DNA from: Ruminococcus sp.
GTDB taxonomy: Bacteria; Bacillota; Clostridia; Oscillospirales; Ruminococcaceae
NCBI GenBank assembly: GCA_017543335.1
Contig: JAFYGE010000013.1
Coordinates: 20,210 to 84,209, forward strand
Length of the DNA stretch: 64,000 nt
Reading direction: 5' to 3'
Shown: positions 47,805 to 57,700 of the stretch, piece after piece
How positions within the stretch are numbered: position 1 is the stretch's first letter
Layout of the letters: the number at the start of each line of letters is the position of its first letter
Position numbers and translations under genes: made by a program
Notes under the pieces: generated by a model
What the model saw: the letters and a program-made list of their open reading frames with translations, nothing else
Told to the model about the DNA's origin: nothing
Databases searched by the model: none

Positions 47805-48878
47805 ATGCTTGATGTAACAATAAAGAACAACCACCTTGAAAGTCTTGCTAAATATCGTCAGAAACTTATGACCGAGCCTCAGCTAAAACACCTCTTCCTT
47901 GAACTCACTCTACGCTGTAACGAAAACTGCATCCACTGCGGAAGCAGATGCGGTGAAATTCGCTCTGAAGAACTTTCCGTTCAGCAATATGAGACATTCC
48001 TCAAGGAAATCAAAGAAGATATGGGTACAGCTAATAAAATGCTGTGCATAACAGGCGGCGAGCCTCTGCTCCGCAAAGACTTCTTTGACATAATGTCTAT
48101 GGCTAACGGACTTGGCTTTCACTGGGGCATGACATCTAATGCTACTCTCATTGATGACAGCGTCGCTCGTGACCTTAAAAAATGCGGAATGGGTACTATT
48201 TCTGTCAGCATAGACGGTCTGCCGGAGACTCACGACAAATTCCGCCGTTCACCTAAAGGCTACGAACGTGCAATGGCTGGTATTGAAAGCCTGTTAAGAG
48301 TCGGCGGATTCAAGTCCGTACAGGTAACAACTGTTGTCACCCACCAAAATATTAACGAACTTGATGAGCTGTATAAAATATTCAATGAAATGGACATCGA
48401 TTCATGGCGTGTAATTAATATCGAGCCAATGGGCAGAGCTAAAGATTATCCGGATGTCATTCTTACCAAAGATGACTACATACAGCTTTTTGAATTCATC
48501 AGAAATATGCGTATAGCCGGAGAACCAGTTTCTTACGGATGCAGTCACTATCTCGGTATGGAGTACGAACGTGAAGTCAGGGACTGGTATTACCTCTGTA
48601 CAGCTGGTCTTTATACAGCAAGCATAACCGCTAATGGCGATATAATTGCCTGTCTTGATATTGAAAGACGACCTGAACTCGTACAAGGCAATATTCTCAA
48701 AGACAGATTCAGCACAGTCTGGAAAGAAAAATTCAAGGACTTCCGCATCGACCTTTCTGACCAGTGCGAAAAATGTAAAGGCTGCTCAGAAGAAAAATTC
48801 TGCCACGGTGACTCGTTCCATAGCTGGGATTTTGAAAAGAAAGAACCAATGCTTTGCTTCAAGGACATTCTTTTCTGA
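47805..48878 (+). CDS. Radical SAM/SPASM-domain maturase
   Basis: CNENCIHC (CxxxCxxC), TGGEP, SVSIDG; SPASM CTAG...GDIIAC, CKGC...FCHG and terminal LC. Confidence 0.93.
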   Translation: MLDVTIKNNHLESLAKYRQKLMTEPQLKHLFLELTLRCNENCIHCGSRCGEIRSEELSVQQYETFLKEIKEDMGTANKMLCITGGEPLLRKDFFDIMSMANGLGFHWGMTSNATLIDDSVARDLKKCGMGTISVSIDGLPETHDKFRRSPKGYERAMAGIESLLRVGGFKSVQVTTVVTHQNINELDELYKIFNEMDIDSWRVINIEPMGRAKDYPDVILTKDDYIQLFEFIRNMRIAGEPVSYGCSHYLGMEYEREVRDWYYLCTAGLYTASITANGDIIACLDIERRPELVQGNILKDRFSTVWKEKFKDFRIDLSDQCEKCKGCSEEKFCHGDSFHSWDFEKKEPMLCFKDILF

Positions 48879-48928
48879 TAAAGACAGCAATTTTTGAACA
48901 AGCAACAAAAAAATCAACAATAAATTTA

Positions 48929-48957
48929 TTGAATGCAGTCATTTAGAATGATATAAT
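48929..48957 (+). promoter_or_regulatory. sigma-A promoter with extended -10 and no downstream ORF
   Basis: TTGAAT-17 nt-TATAAT with TG extension. Confidence 0.65.
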
Positions 48958-48963
48958 ATAGTC

Positions 48964-49092
48964 AGTACCTCGGAAGTGTTTACATTTTACCCATTTATAT
49001 GTGAGCATTACAATTTTGAGGTACATCCATCCAAAATATCTTTCATATAAAATCCCCAAAAAACCGGTATCCTCCTCAGATACCGGTTTTTA
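48964..49092 (+). ncRNA. Candidate small RNA of about 130 nt
   Basis: Bounded by the promoter above and a terminator; long 5' hairpin closed by GTACCTC/GAGGTAC; C-rich single-stranded tracts. Confidence 0.5.
49058..49091. terminator. Bidirectional intrinsic terminator (sRNA candidate and nadE)
   Basis: AAAAAACCGGTATC-CTCCTCA-GATACCGGTTTTT. Confidence 0.85.
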
Positions 49093-49094
49093 AT

Positions 49095-49841
49095 TTACTG
49101 TTCAAATTTTGGCATTAACTGTAGTTTATGAAGATTAGCAGCATGGAGTCTGTCAATCTTAGCTTTTATGTCAGGATAAGCACTCAGGTCATCTCTGCCC
49201 CTTATATAGTCATCGAGCATAGCATAGGTGAACCCAAGATTTTCCTCATCTGTCTTACCGCAAAGACCGTCTGTAGGTACTTTATGTACCAATTCGGAAG
49301 GGAGTCCAAGCTCGTCACCAATCGCCTTTACCTCGCCAACTGTGAGATTAGACAATGGAGAAAAATCACCAGCAGCATCACCGAATTTAGTTGAATAACC
49401 TACCCAGTCCTCGGAAAGATTGCAGGTGTTAACAACTCTGCCGCCTACTGAAGCTGCAACTGCATAAAGAGTGGTCATTCTGATTCTTGCGGGAGTGTTG
49501 ACTATCGCCTGATTTGTTGGCTCTACGTGCTTTTTAAGTTCGCCCATAAATGTGCTGACTGTCTCGCCAACATTTATAGTGTAGCTTTTTATGTCTAAAG
49601 TTTTAACAAGAAGCTGACTGTAATTAATGTCTGACTGCTCCCCCTGTGGCATAAGAACTCCTATAACTCTGTCCTTACCAAGAGCTTTCACGCATACAGC
49701 AGCTGCAACCGAGCTGTCCTTGCCGCCAGAAATTCCGATAACAGCTTTAGTCTCCGGTGAAGCGGTCTTTTCAAAATAGTCCTTGACCCACTTTACGACC
49801 GCATCAGCTGTTTTTTTAGCATCAAAAGTAATATCGCTCAT
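49095..49841 (-). CDS. nadE: NH3-dependent NAD+ synthetase
   Basis: GISGGKDSS, ARIRM, SEDWVGYSTKFGD, PTDGL, DEENLG; no glutaminase domain. RBS GGAGG before MSDITF. Confidence 0.95.
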   Translation of the reverse strand: MSDITFDAKKTADAVVKWVKDYFEKTASPETKAVIGISGGKDSSVAAAVCVKALGKDRVIGVLMPQGEQSDINYSQLLVKTLDIKSYTINVGETVSTFMGELKKHVEPTNQAIVNTPARIRMTTLYAVAASVGGRVVNTCNLSEDWVGYSTKFGDAAGDFSPLSNLTVGEVKAIGDELGLPSELVHKVPTDGLCGKTDEENLGFTYAMLDDYIRGRDDLSAYPDIKAKIDRLHAANLHKLQLMPKFEQ

Positions 49842-49857
49842 ACTAACCTCCGTAAAA

Positions 49858-50385
49858 TTATTCAACTATTATCTGACATGATCTCATTGCTGATAGTGCA
49901 TTATCATGACTTTCAGGAGTAACTCCTGCACAACAGTTAGATACGACCTTTATCGGTATTTCGGGATAAAACGCTTTAAGTATCATTGCATTTGAAATTA
50001 CGCATATGTCTGTGCAGACACCTATTATCTGTATCTCATCAACTTCATCAGGGTTGATGATATACTCTGGGAGTTGTTTTGAACCAAATGTCAGTTTTTC
50101 GATTATTGCAGCATCGGAAGGAAATGCTTTTTTCACTTCATCCTCAAGCTGCCAACCGTCTGTACCTCTTATACAATGTGGAACCGGCAGATACTTACCC
50201 TCCTGAGAATCAAGGTAATTTTCAAAATGAGTATCAAGTGTAGCGATTATTTTACCGTCAGGCTCGTTATTCTTGAATTCATTTATCTTGTCAACAACAT
50301 TCCGGATTACTCCAGCGGTCTGAGGATTGCCAAGAACTCCGGTTGTGAAGTCCTTTTGCATATCAATAACAACTAAATATTTCAT
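49858..50385 (-). CDS. pncA: Nicotinamidase (isochorismatase-family cysteine hydrolase)
   Basis: VIDMQKDF, DTH, PHCIRGT, GVCTDICV; adjacent to nadE. Confidence 0.85.
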   Translation of the reverse strand: MKYLVVIDMQKDFTTGVLGNPQTAGVIRNVVDKINEFKNNEPDGKIIATLDTHFENYLDSQEGKYLPVPHCIRGTDGWQLEDEVKKAFPSDAAIIEKLTFGSKQLPEYIINPDEVDEIQIIGVCTDICVISNAMILKAFYPEIPIKVVSNCCAGVTPESHDNALSAMRSCQIIVE

Positions 50386-50446
50386 ATAGCACCTCCTGAG
50401 TAGTATATAATTATATTATATCGCTATTGATAAGACTTGTCAAGAC

Positions 50447-50474
50447 AAAAAAACAGCACACCGAAGTGTGCTGT
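50447..50474 (-). terminator. Terminator of the sugar ABC operon
   Basis: ACAGCACAC-TTCG-GTGTGCTGT-TTTTT on the minus strand. Confidence 0.8.
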
Positions 50475-50482
50475 AATTTTTA

Positions 50483-51379
50483 TTATTCCTTTACACCACC
50501 AAGTGCAACACCAGCGATGATGAATCTTGAAAGGAAGATATAAGCAATAATGATAGGAATAATACTGAGAGCGATACAAGTATAAACAATACCGTAATCA
50601 GTAAACTTATCAGATGCCTGTACAGCCTGTACCATCATAGGAAGTGTCTGCTTTGTCTTGTCTCCATCGAGGAGGATCATAGAAGGTGTATAGAAGTTGT
50701 TCCACTGTGCAACGAATGCAAAGATTGCCTGAACTGCGATAGCAGGCTTCATCATTGGGATAGCTATTGTAAGGAAGGTTCTGAATTCCCCGGAACCGTC
50801 GATACGAGCAGCTTCAACGATGTCAAGTGGGAACGAGGACTTCATGTAAGATCTCATGAAGAATACAACAGCAGGAGCTGCAACAGCCGGAAGAATAAGT
50901 GGCCAGTATGTATTCTGGAGATGAAGCTTGATCATGAAGTTAACGAAACCAGCAGATGTTACCTGAACAGGTACCATCATGATAAGAAGAATGAATGTAT
51001 ATGCTCCCTCTTTGATCTTGAAGTCATAAACATGGATTCCGTATGCTGTTAACGCTGAGAAGAAAACGGTAAGGAAAGTAGCACTACAAGTGATTATAGC
51101 ACTGTTTCTGTAACCGATAAGTGGTCTGAACGCACTCTTAGCGTACTCAAGAGTTCTCATATTCTTAAAGTTCTTTAAGAAATAATCTCCAGGGATAAGA
51201 GTGAAACCACCGGAAATATCGTTATTACTTCTTGTTGCATTTATAAGAAGTACGTAAATTGGCAAAAGACAGATTATTGTAAGGAAAACGAACCAAATCA
51301 CAAGTATAGTTGACTTGAGTCTGATCTTAAACATATAATTATCTTTACCCTGTCCGTAAACAGATTTCATATTGCTCAT
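50483..51379 (-). CDS. Carbohydrate ABC transporter permease (MalG-like)
   Basis: EAARIDG EAA loop; WNNF; GGVKE terminus. Confidence 0.93.
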   Translation of the reverse strand: MSNMKSVYGQGKDNYMFKIRLKSTILVIWFVFLTIICLLPIYVLLINATRSNNDISGGFTLIPGDYFLKNFKNMRTLEYAKSAFRPLIGYRNSAIITCSATFLTVFFSALTAYGIHVYDFKIKEGAYTFILLIMMVPVQVTSAGFVNFMIKLHLQNTYWPLILPAVAAPAVVFFMRSYMKSSFPLDIVEAARIDGSGEFRTFLTIAIPMMKPAIAVQAIFAFVAQWNNFYTPSMILLDGDKTKQTLPMMVQAVQASDKFTDYGIVYTCIALSIIPIIIAYIFLSRFIIAGVALGGVKE

Positions 51380-52521
51380 ATGCCAAGACCTCCAAACTGC
51401 TTATTCTGTACCTTAGCCTGCTGTTCAAGCTTTTTACGCTGCTTCTTCTTAGCAATAGCATCTGTATCTCTGTTCATATAGAATGTTATAGAACCGAGAG
51501 CAACAGTAACTATAAACAATACAACTGAAGCAGCACCTGAATAACCATAGCTGTAGCTCTTTGTACCAGAAACATGGAATCTCTCGTAAATATATACAGC
51601 AACAGTACGCAGATTCTGGTTGATATCGTATGTACCCTTATGATAGAGATAAGGGATATCGAACATCTGGAGACCACCGATCATGGATGTAACGAGTGTG
51701 TAAACCATGATTGGACTGAGAAGTGGAAGAGTGATCTTTCTGAATACCTGACCACTGCTTGCACCGTCGATGCTTGCAGCCTCGAAAAGTGATGGGTTGA
51801 TACCCATGATACCTGACATGAGCATGATCATTGTATTACCGAACCACATCCATGTCTGGATGAACATTACAACAAATCTTGGTTCCCACTTACCAGAAAC
51901 GAACTTTACGAAGTCAGATGAGCTTGTGGACTCAATGTCCTTAACAACGCCCATGCTGTGTAAGATCTGGTTTAAAGCACCATACTTTGATTCTGAACAA
52001 AGTGAAAGGAACAATACCGCAACTGACGCCGCAGTAATAATGTTCGGCATATACATTACGACTTTAAAGAAGCCCTTTCCAGGAATCTTCAGTTTAGCAT
52101 CTGTAAACCAAACAGCAAGTGAAAGTGAAAGTAAGATCTGAGGAATGAAGTTACCTATCCAAAGGATAAGTGTGTTCTTGAAAGACTTGGTAAACAGATC
52201 ATGCTGAGCCTTAAGACCAACCTTGTTCTGCTCCTCAAGACGTGCTTCCTTCTTCTCCTCAGGAGTCATATTTTCGAGTTTTGGTGATCTACCCTTAACG
52301 ACATCCATATCAACATCAGTCTCGAAAAGGATAGCCTTATAGTTATCAAAACCAACGTACTTCTCAACAGTAGTATCATTACCGTGGAAGGAAAGTACAA
52401 AGGTATTGATCAACGGATATAATTGAAAAAAGAAATAAATAAGAAAAAACGGCAGAATAAATATATAGCCATATTTAGCATAGCTGATAGATTTAATTCT
52501 TCTCTGGGCAGCTGATGCCAT
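51376..52521 (-). CDS. Carbohydrate ABC transporter permease (MalF-like)
   Basis: YVGFDNY, EAASIDGAS, ITLPLL, GLQMFD. Confidence 0.93.
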   Translation of the reverse strand: MASAAQRRIKSISYAKYGYIFILPFFLIYFFFQLYPLINTFVLSFHGNDTTVEKYVGFDNYKAILFETDVDMDVVKGRSPKLENMTPEEKKEARLEEQNKVGLKAQHDLFTKSFKNTLILWIGNFIPQILLSLSLAVWFTDAKLKIPGKGFFKVVMYMPNIITAASVAVLFLSLCSESKYGALNQILHSMGVVKDIESTSSSDFVKFVSGKWEPRFVVMFIQTWMWFGNTMIMLMSGIMGINPSLFEAASIDGASSGQVFRKITLPLLSPIMVYTLVTSMIGGLQMFDIPYLYHKGTYDINQNLRTVAVYIYERFHVSGTKSYSYGYSGAASVVLFIVTVALGSITFYMNRDTDAIAKKKQRKKLEQQAKVQNKQFGGLGI

Positions 52522-52557
52522 TGCACACACCCTCTCGTGAAATGTTTTAAGATTACA

Positions 52558-52597
52558 AATAGCTGCCTATAGAATTCTCACTCTATAGGCAACTATC
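52558..52597 (-). promoter_or_regulatory. Intercistronic stem-loop after the solute-binding-protein gene
   Basis: ATAGTTGCCTATAGA...TCTATAGGCAGCTAT on the minus strand, with only a weak U tract. Confidence 0.55.
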
Positions 52598-52635
52598 GTG
52601 AATCAATTAGTTAATCTGGAATTAAATCAATCAGA

Positions 52636-54114
52636 TTATGAAAGCTCTGGAACAGCAGCCTTTACATCAGCGTAAACTCTGTCCTCTACCTCTTCCCAAG
52701 ACTTACCGCCCTGTAAGTAGTCTTCAGTTACAGCTGTGATGAATGCGTTCTTGATTGTAGCATCATAAGGTGTGATAAGATCCTTGAGGTTGATGTTCTT
52801 TGCGTTCTCGTGGAGCTCTGCGAAGTAGTTCTGACCACCGAGGTTATCAGTTACATACTTGTTAGGGCACTCGTTCTTGTCAACGATTTCCTGCATTACA
52901 GATACGTTGTTAACGTACTCTGGCTTGCTAAGAGCGTAGCTCTTCATTGTCTCTGGATTTACAACAGCATTGAAGATGAACTGCTGTGCATCGTCAGCGT
53001 TATCTGTCTTTGGATTTACAACGATCCATGTGCCGCCCCAGAAGTACTTGTCAGGACCCTGAACAACAGCCCACTTACCATAAGAATCAGATGAAGCCTG
53101 GCCGAAGAATGCCTTCTCACCGAAGCCCCATGTAGATACGAAGTAACCCATGCAAGAGCCGTCCTTACCAGCTGGGATCCAAGCGTCTGTCCACTGAGCG
53201 TTGTGTGTTACGCCGCCGTTGTCCCAAAGTGTCTTAGCGTAATCAGCAAATGTCTTGCAGGAATCATCGATCTCGAGGAGTCCGTCAACAACCCATGGCT
53301 GAGTTCTGTTTGCAGCAAATACCTGCCACATACCACCGAGTGAGTCAGCGAGAGCAACCTTACCGCTGGACTTCTCAGCAACTGTTGTAGCAGCAGCTAC
53401 GAAGTTCTCCCAACCGTCTATCTTGCTCTGCATCTCTTCTGGAGTGTTAACATCGAGGTATTCCTTAGCAAGGTCAGTTCTGTAAGCAAAACCGCCTGCT
53501 GCAGCCTGCCATGAAGCACCAACGAGCTTACCAGCGTTAGCACCAGCAGTAGCTCTACCGATTTCGTTTGTGTATGCATATGTATCAGTGAAGTTATCCT
53601 CAGAGAATCCGAGAGCCTCGAGAGGAGCTGTTCTTGTATCATCGTTGATGTACTTGAGAGCCCAGTCAGCCTCAGCGAAGTAAACGTCGAGGTCATCGCC
53701 GGAAGCGAAGAGAGCGTCATACTTTTCGGAAGCTTTACCGCCGCCGCAGTCGAAGTTGATGAAGTTTACCTTGCTCTTGTCGCCGCCGTTTGCAGCCCAA
53801 AGATCGATAAGAGCTGGAGCGTCATCTGGGTTCCAAGCTGCAACTGTGAACTGGTCGCCGCCTGTCTTGAGTGTAACTTCGCCAAGCTCAGTTGAATTGC
53901 CTGTGCCTGAAGGAGCTGGAGCCTCTGTTGTATCAGCAGGAGCCTCTGTTGTGTCATTGCCAGCCTCAGCTGTTGTAGCCTCGTCAGCTGCCTTTGTAGC
54001 CTCGTCAGCCTTAGAAGATGAAGAAGATGAATCGTCGCTTCCGCATGAAGCAAATGCTGTGGAAGCCATAGCAAGTGTAGCTACTAAAGCTAATGTTCTC
54101 TTAAGTGTGTTCAT
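52636..54114 (-). CDS. Carbohydrate ABC transporter substrate-binding lipoprotein
   Basis: FASC lipobox, DEAT/TTEAPA repeat linker, YRTDLA, YFWGGTW; RBS AGGAGG. Confidence 0.92.
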   Translation of the reverse strand: MNTLKRTLALVATLAMASTAFASCGSDDSSSSSSKADEATKAADEATTAEAGNDTTEAPADTTEAPAPSGTGNSTELGEVTLKTGGDQFTVAAWNPDDAPALIDLWAANGGDKSKVNFINFDCGGGKASEKYDALFASGDDLDVYFAEADWALKYINDDTRTAPLEALGFSEDNFTDTYAYTNEIGRATAGANAGKLVGASWQAAAGGFAYRTDLAKEYLDVNTPEEMQSKIDGWENFVAAATTVAEKSSGKVALADSLGGMWQVFAANRTQPWVVDGLLEIDDSCKTFADYAKTLWDNGGVTHNAQWTDAWIPAGKDGSCMGYFVSTWGFGEKAFFGQASSDSYGKWAVVQGPDKYFWGGTWIVVNPKTDNADDAQQFIFNAVVNPETMKSYALSKPEYVNNVSVMQEIVDKNECPNKYVTDNLGGQNYFAELHENAKNINLKDLITPYDATIKNAFITAVTEDYLQGGKSWEEVEDRVYADVKAAVPELS

Positions 54115-54408
54115 TAGATTTTTCCTCCTTAAATATGTATATTACACTTTCTTTGAAGTATAATATGTTTAAATAATAGAATTTGATATACGGACTGCTT
54201 TTCCCTTTTAGTTGTAAATGCTGAATGTCCTCAGTCATATTAACGGTCAAAGCTTTTCCGCTGCCGGACACAAATCCGGTCATTACTGTGACGATAGTGT
54301 CAGTGTAATCATCAAGCAATCTGCAATGATTTTCAATCATTTTCGGAGGGCGGTTAAAACCTCCGGACATAACTATATCAAATCAATTGCTGTTGCTTTT
54401 GTACTTAA

Positions 54409-54437
54409 AATATACAGTATTTTTTGTACAAAGTCAA
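54409..54437 (-). promoter_or_regulatory. sigma-A-like promoter of the sugar ABC operon, implying a leader of about 290 nt
   Basis: TTGACT-17 nt-TATATT. Confidence 0.5.
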
Positions 54438-54710
54438 TGCTTTGAATCGTTCTTTAATATTTTTTTAGCACATTGTACACTTTCAACACTATTTTTTCGG
54501 TAATAATCACATAATTAAATAGATTAAAATGAAAAAGTTACAAAACGGTAAAAGACATATTGACGCTTATTTCACAATTTCATGCTGATTCTTTTATATC
54601 TATTGCCCAACCGCTACAATTATCCGACAAAATCCGGCTTGTTTTTTGTTCAAGTTACTCAATACATATATTCATAATATTTTATTAATCTTTTATTAAT
54701 ATTTTTTGTG

Positions 54711-57700
54711 TTACCCGATACCCCTCATAGCATAGAGAGCGAGTATTTCTGAAGCGTCAGAGCCGTCTATATCGCCGCTTTCGTTCATGTCTCCCAGATA
54801 GTAGTTCTCCTTAGGGATACAGCCTTCTTCTCCGCCGCCGACGAGTGCATAATGTCTGAGTGCTATTCCGGCATCAGTACCGTCTACAGAACCGTCTTTA
54901 TTGAGGTCGCCCTTTTCATAAATAACAGTCTCAATGCATTTTGATGCAAATGAAGTATCTGTTGCCGCCTTTCTTACGGTGAATTTCTCGCCATAAACCG
55001 GACAATCAGGATTAAATGCCAATGTATCCCATGTTCCCGAACAGTAATTCAGTATCAATTTATAAGAATCAGTACCGCATCTTTCTGACATTTTCTTATA
55101 AAACTCATCAGCCGAGTCATATCCCATGTTTTCCTGATAATAATTCATCAAACGTTCAATTTCACTTTCAGCTATCTCGCCATCTTTCACAAACTCGTAT
55201 TCAAACGAATCAAACACAAGCTTTCCGTCCTCAGAATGATATTTCGGAATTTCTGTCGGTGCTTCAGGTGCATCAGGTATCTCATAACGCTCTGTTTTAC
55301 TTGCAAATTTACCGTTTCCGGCTTTTGCTTTAAGAGATAATATTTCTCCCGGAATCACCTTAAACGCTTTATTCATAGCCATTCCGGAGTTTATCCATGA
55401 GCCTTCAATAAGTCTCGCAGTCGCCGGATCATATTTTGTTTCATTCTCAGAATCAGATGTACTGTATTCAAGAAGTTCAGCAGTTTCATTTGGTATGTAG
55501 CCAAGAGTTTCTGACATAAAGTCAATATTCAGTCCGCTGACATCATGGCGTTCCGGAACTTGACATTCTACCTCTTTTCCGTCAACTTCCGCAATAAGAG
55601 TTTCACCGGCAAGGTCTCCGACATATTCGCCGTCCTCTATCTCTCTGCCGTCCTTAGTGTGAACGCTCATTGCACCGGTATATTCCAGTGTCTCGTACTC
55701 CAGAGATATCTCTACAGGACTTTTCCTTACAATGACCTTAACTTCATTATCAAGATAATTCTCTTTTTTGAGCGTGAAATTATATACCGTTTCGCCGTAT
55801 TCAGGAGTAATATAATCGGTCAGCTCATAGGCATTTATGCTCACTCCGTCAAGTGTTACATCAGCATTAGTTACAGGGAAGAATTTAAGGCTCTTTGTGT
55901 ACATATCTGTTTCTATAAGATACTCACTCTCGCTTATTCGCTTAGCCTTTCCAAAATCACCAAATGCCCCGCCCTTATAATAAAGATCGTTGAACTCCGC
56001 CTTTGCCGGACGGTAATTTCTCTCGTTGAACTCTACTCCGCCTGCATTAGCAGAAATTTTCTTCTCCTTATCGATAACGATAGGCTCACTATACTTTACG
56101 TAGTCAGAGTCATTTTCAGAGAAAATTATCTTATCGTTATCCTCAGCAGAAAGAGTGACCTTCTCATCAAGCGGTACCTGACCGGAAATATGTGAAAAAT
56201 CTACATAACCCTCAGGATCACCAAAAGCCTTTATAGAGATGTTTCCAAGCTTAGTATTCAAAGTGCCCTTTGTAAAGAGGTCCTCATAGTATGCATAAAG
56301 CTCATCAGCATTCTTTATCATATCTACATCAAGTTCTGCGTCAAGGTCTTCGTAAAGCTGTTTCCTTATGGATTCGAGGTAATCTGCTTTTTCCTCATCT
56401 GTATATTCATATACCTCGTCCTTAACGTCATACCAGTTACTGCTGTCAGCACTGTAGAAGCTTTCGCCCTCATTTGTATATTTATCTATAATGTAGCTCT
56501 TGCTGTAGGAGCCGATATCGATTATCTTATAATTATCGATGTCCTTTATGTAGACAGCCGACTCAGTCGGAATAAGGCAAGGTGTTTGCTCATTTTCCAT
56601 TTTTATAACCACACTGAACTTTTTACCTTTTTTTACGTGGGCATAATTATCAAGTTTTATAGTAACATATCCCGGAATCGTGCTTGCTCCACTTGCGGAG
56701 GCTGCTGCTGTACCGGATGAAGGGTCTTTTGGGTCTTTGAGGTCGGTGTACACTGTTGCCTCGTACTTAGTTCCGATTTCATTGAAGTAAGTTGAAACAG
56801 CTTTTATCTGCTCATCATTTTCAGCAGTAAAAATGTTCGCCATGTAGACTGCTCCGTTTTCGTCCTCGTTATCAAATGGAGATATCGAAATAGCAGGTAC
56901 ATATGTATCGTGCTGATGATTATACTTATAATTATTCTTGTCACCAAGCTGATATACCGCAAAGTCCGTCAAAGAATTATCGTAGTAAGATATCCAGAAA
57001 TATCCGTGGTCATCAAAATTATCGCCCCAGCTGTTCTTGCAGAGCCATGCACCGTTGCCGGCAGGTGAATTCTTGAACTTTGATGCCGGGAATGTATCGT
57101 CCCACCCTGCTATTGTAACAGCATGGTTGCAGAATCTTGAAGGTCTGTTTGTATTTGATGTTTTATACGAGCTATGATAATTCAGTGTTATATCTGAATA
57201 AAATGAAACATCAACAGCCTGTCCGTTGTATATGAACTGCTTGACCGCATCATTCAGCTCGGCAAAATTGCTTTTGTCCTTTTCGTAGTTCATAACATAG
57301 GCATTTTCAAGGTGATAATCACTGTCGTACTTCAACTTATTCAGCTTACTTTTATCATTGAAAACATCTGTATCTCCATAAGGCATCTTCTCCTCATAAA
57401 TAGGTCCAGCCCACTGTGACCACAAATTTATGACTATTTGCGGAGTTCCGCCATAATCAATAATTTCCTCCGGATCAGTCAGACCGGTATCTATCCTGTC
57501 TTCACCGTAATACGAAAAATATGCAGTATGAAATTCCGAGAGGTCTACAGAAGGTTCTGAGCCTATAACACTGCTCTCTGCACTCGCAGCAGAAGAGTGC
57601 GTCCAACAGCTTCCGTATTCTCCCTGATTTCTTACAGCACTTATAGTACCCTCTTTTCTCATGTCAAATTTTGCCGGCAGTTCGCCTTCATCTCCGAAAA

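Noticed and set aside
50395-50445. AT-rich near-palindrome upstream of pncA as an NrtR/NiaR operator
   Set aside because: It overlaps the -10 region and is too AT-rich to distinguish from chance.
53915-54012. Short direct repeats (GCCTCGTCAGC, GAGCCTCTGTTG)
   Set aside because: They encode the DEAT/TTEAPA linker of the lipoprotein and are not a DNA-level element.
54101-54445. ORFs 54101-54370 (-) and 54218-54445 (+)
   Set aside because: No RBS or recognisable protein features; the region is better explained as a structured leader.
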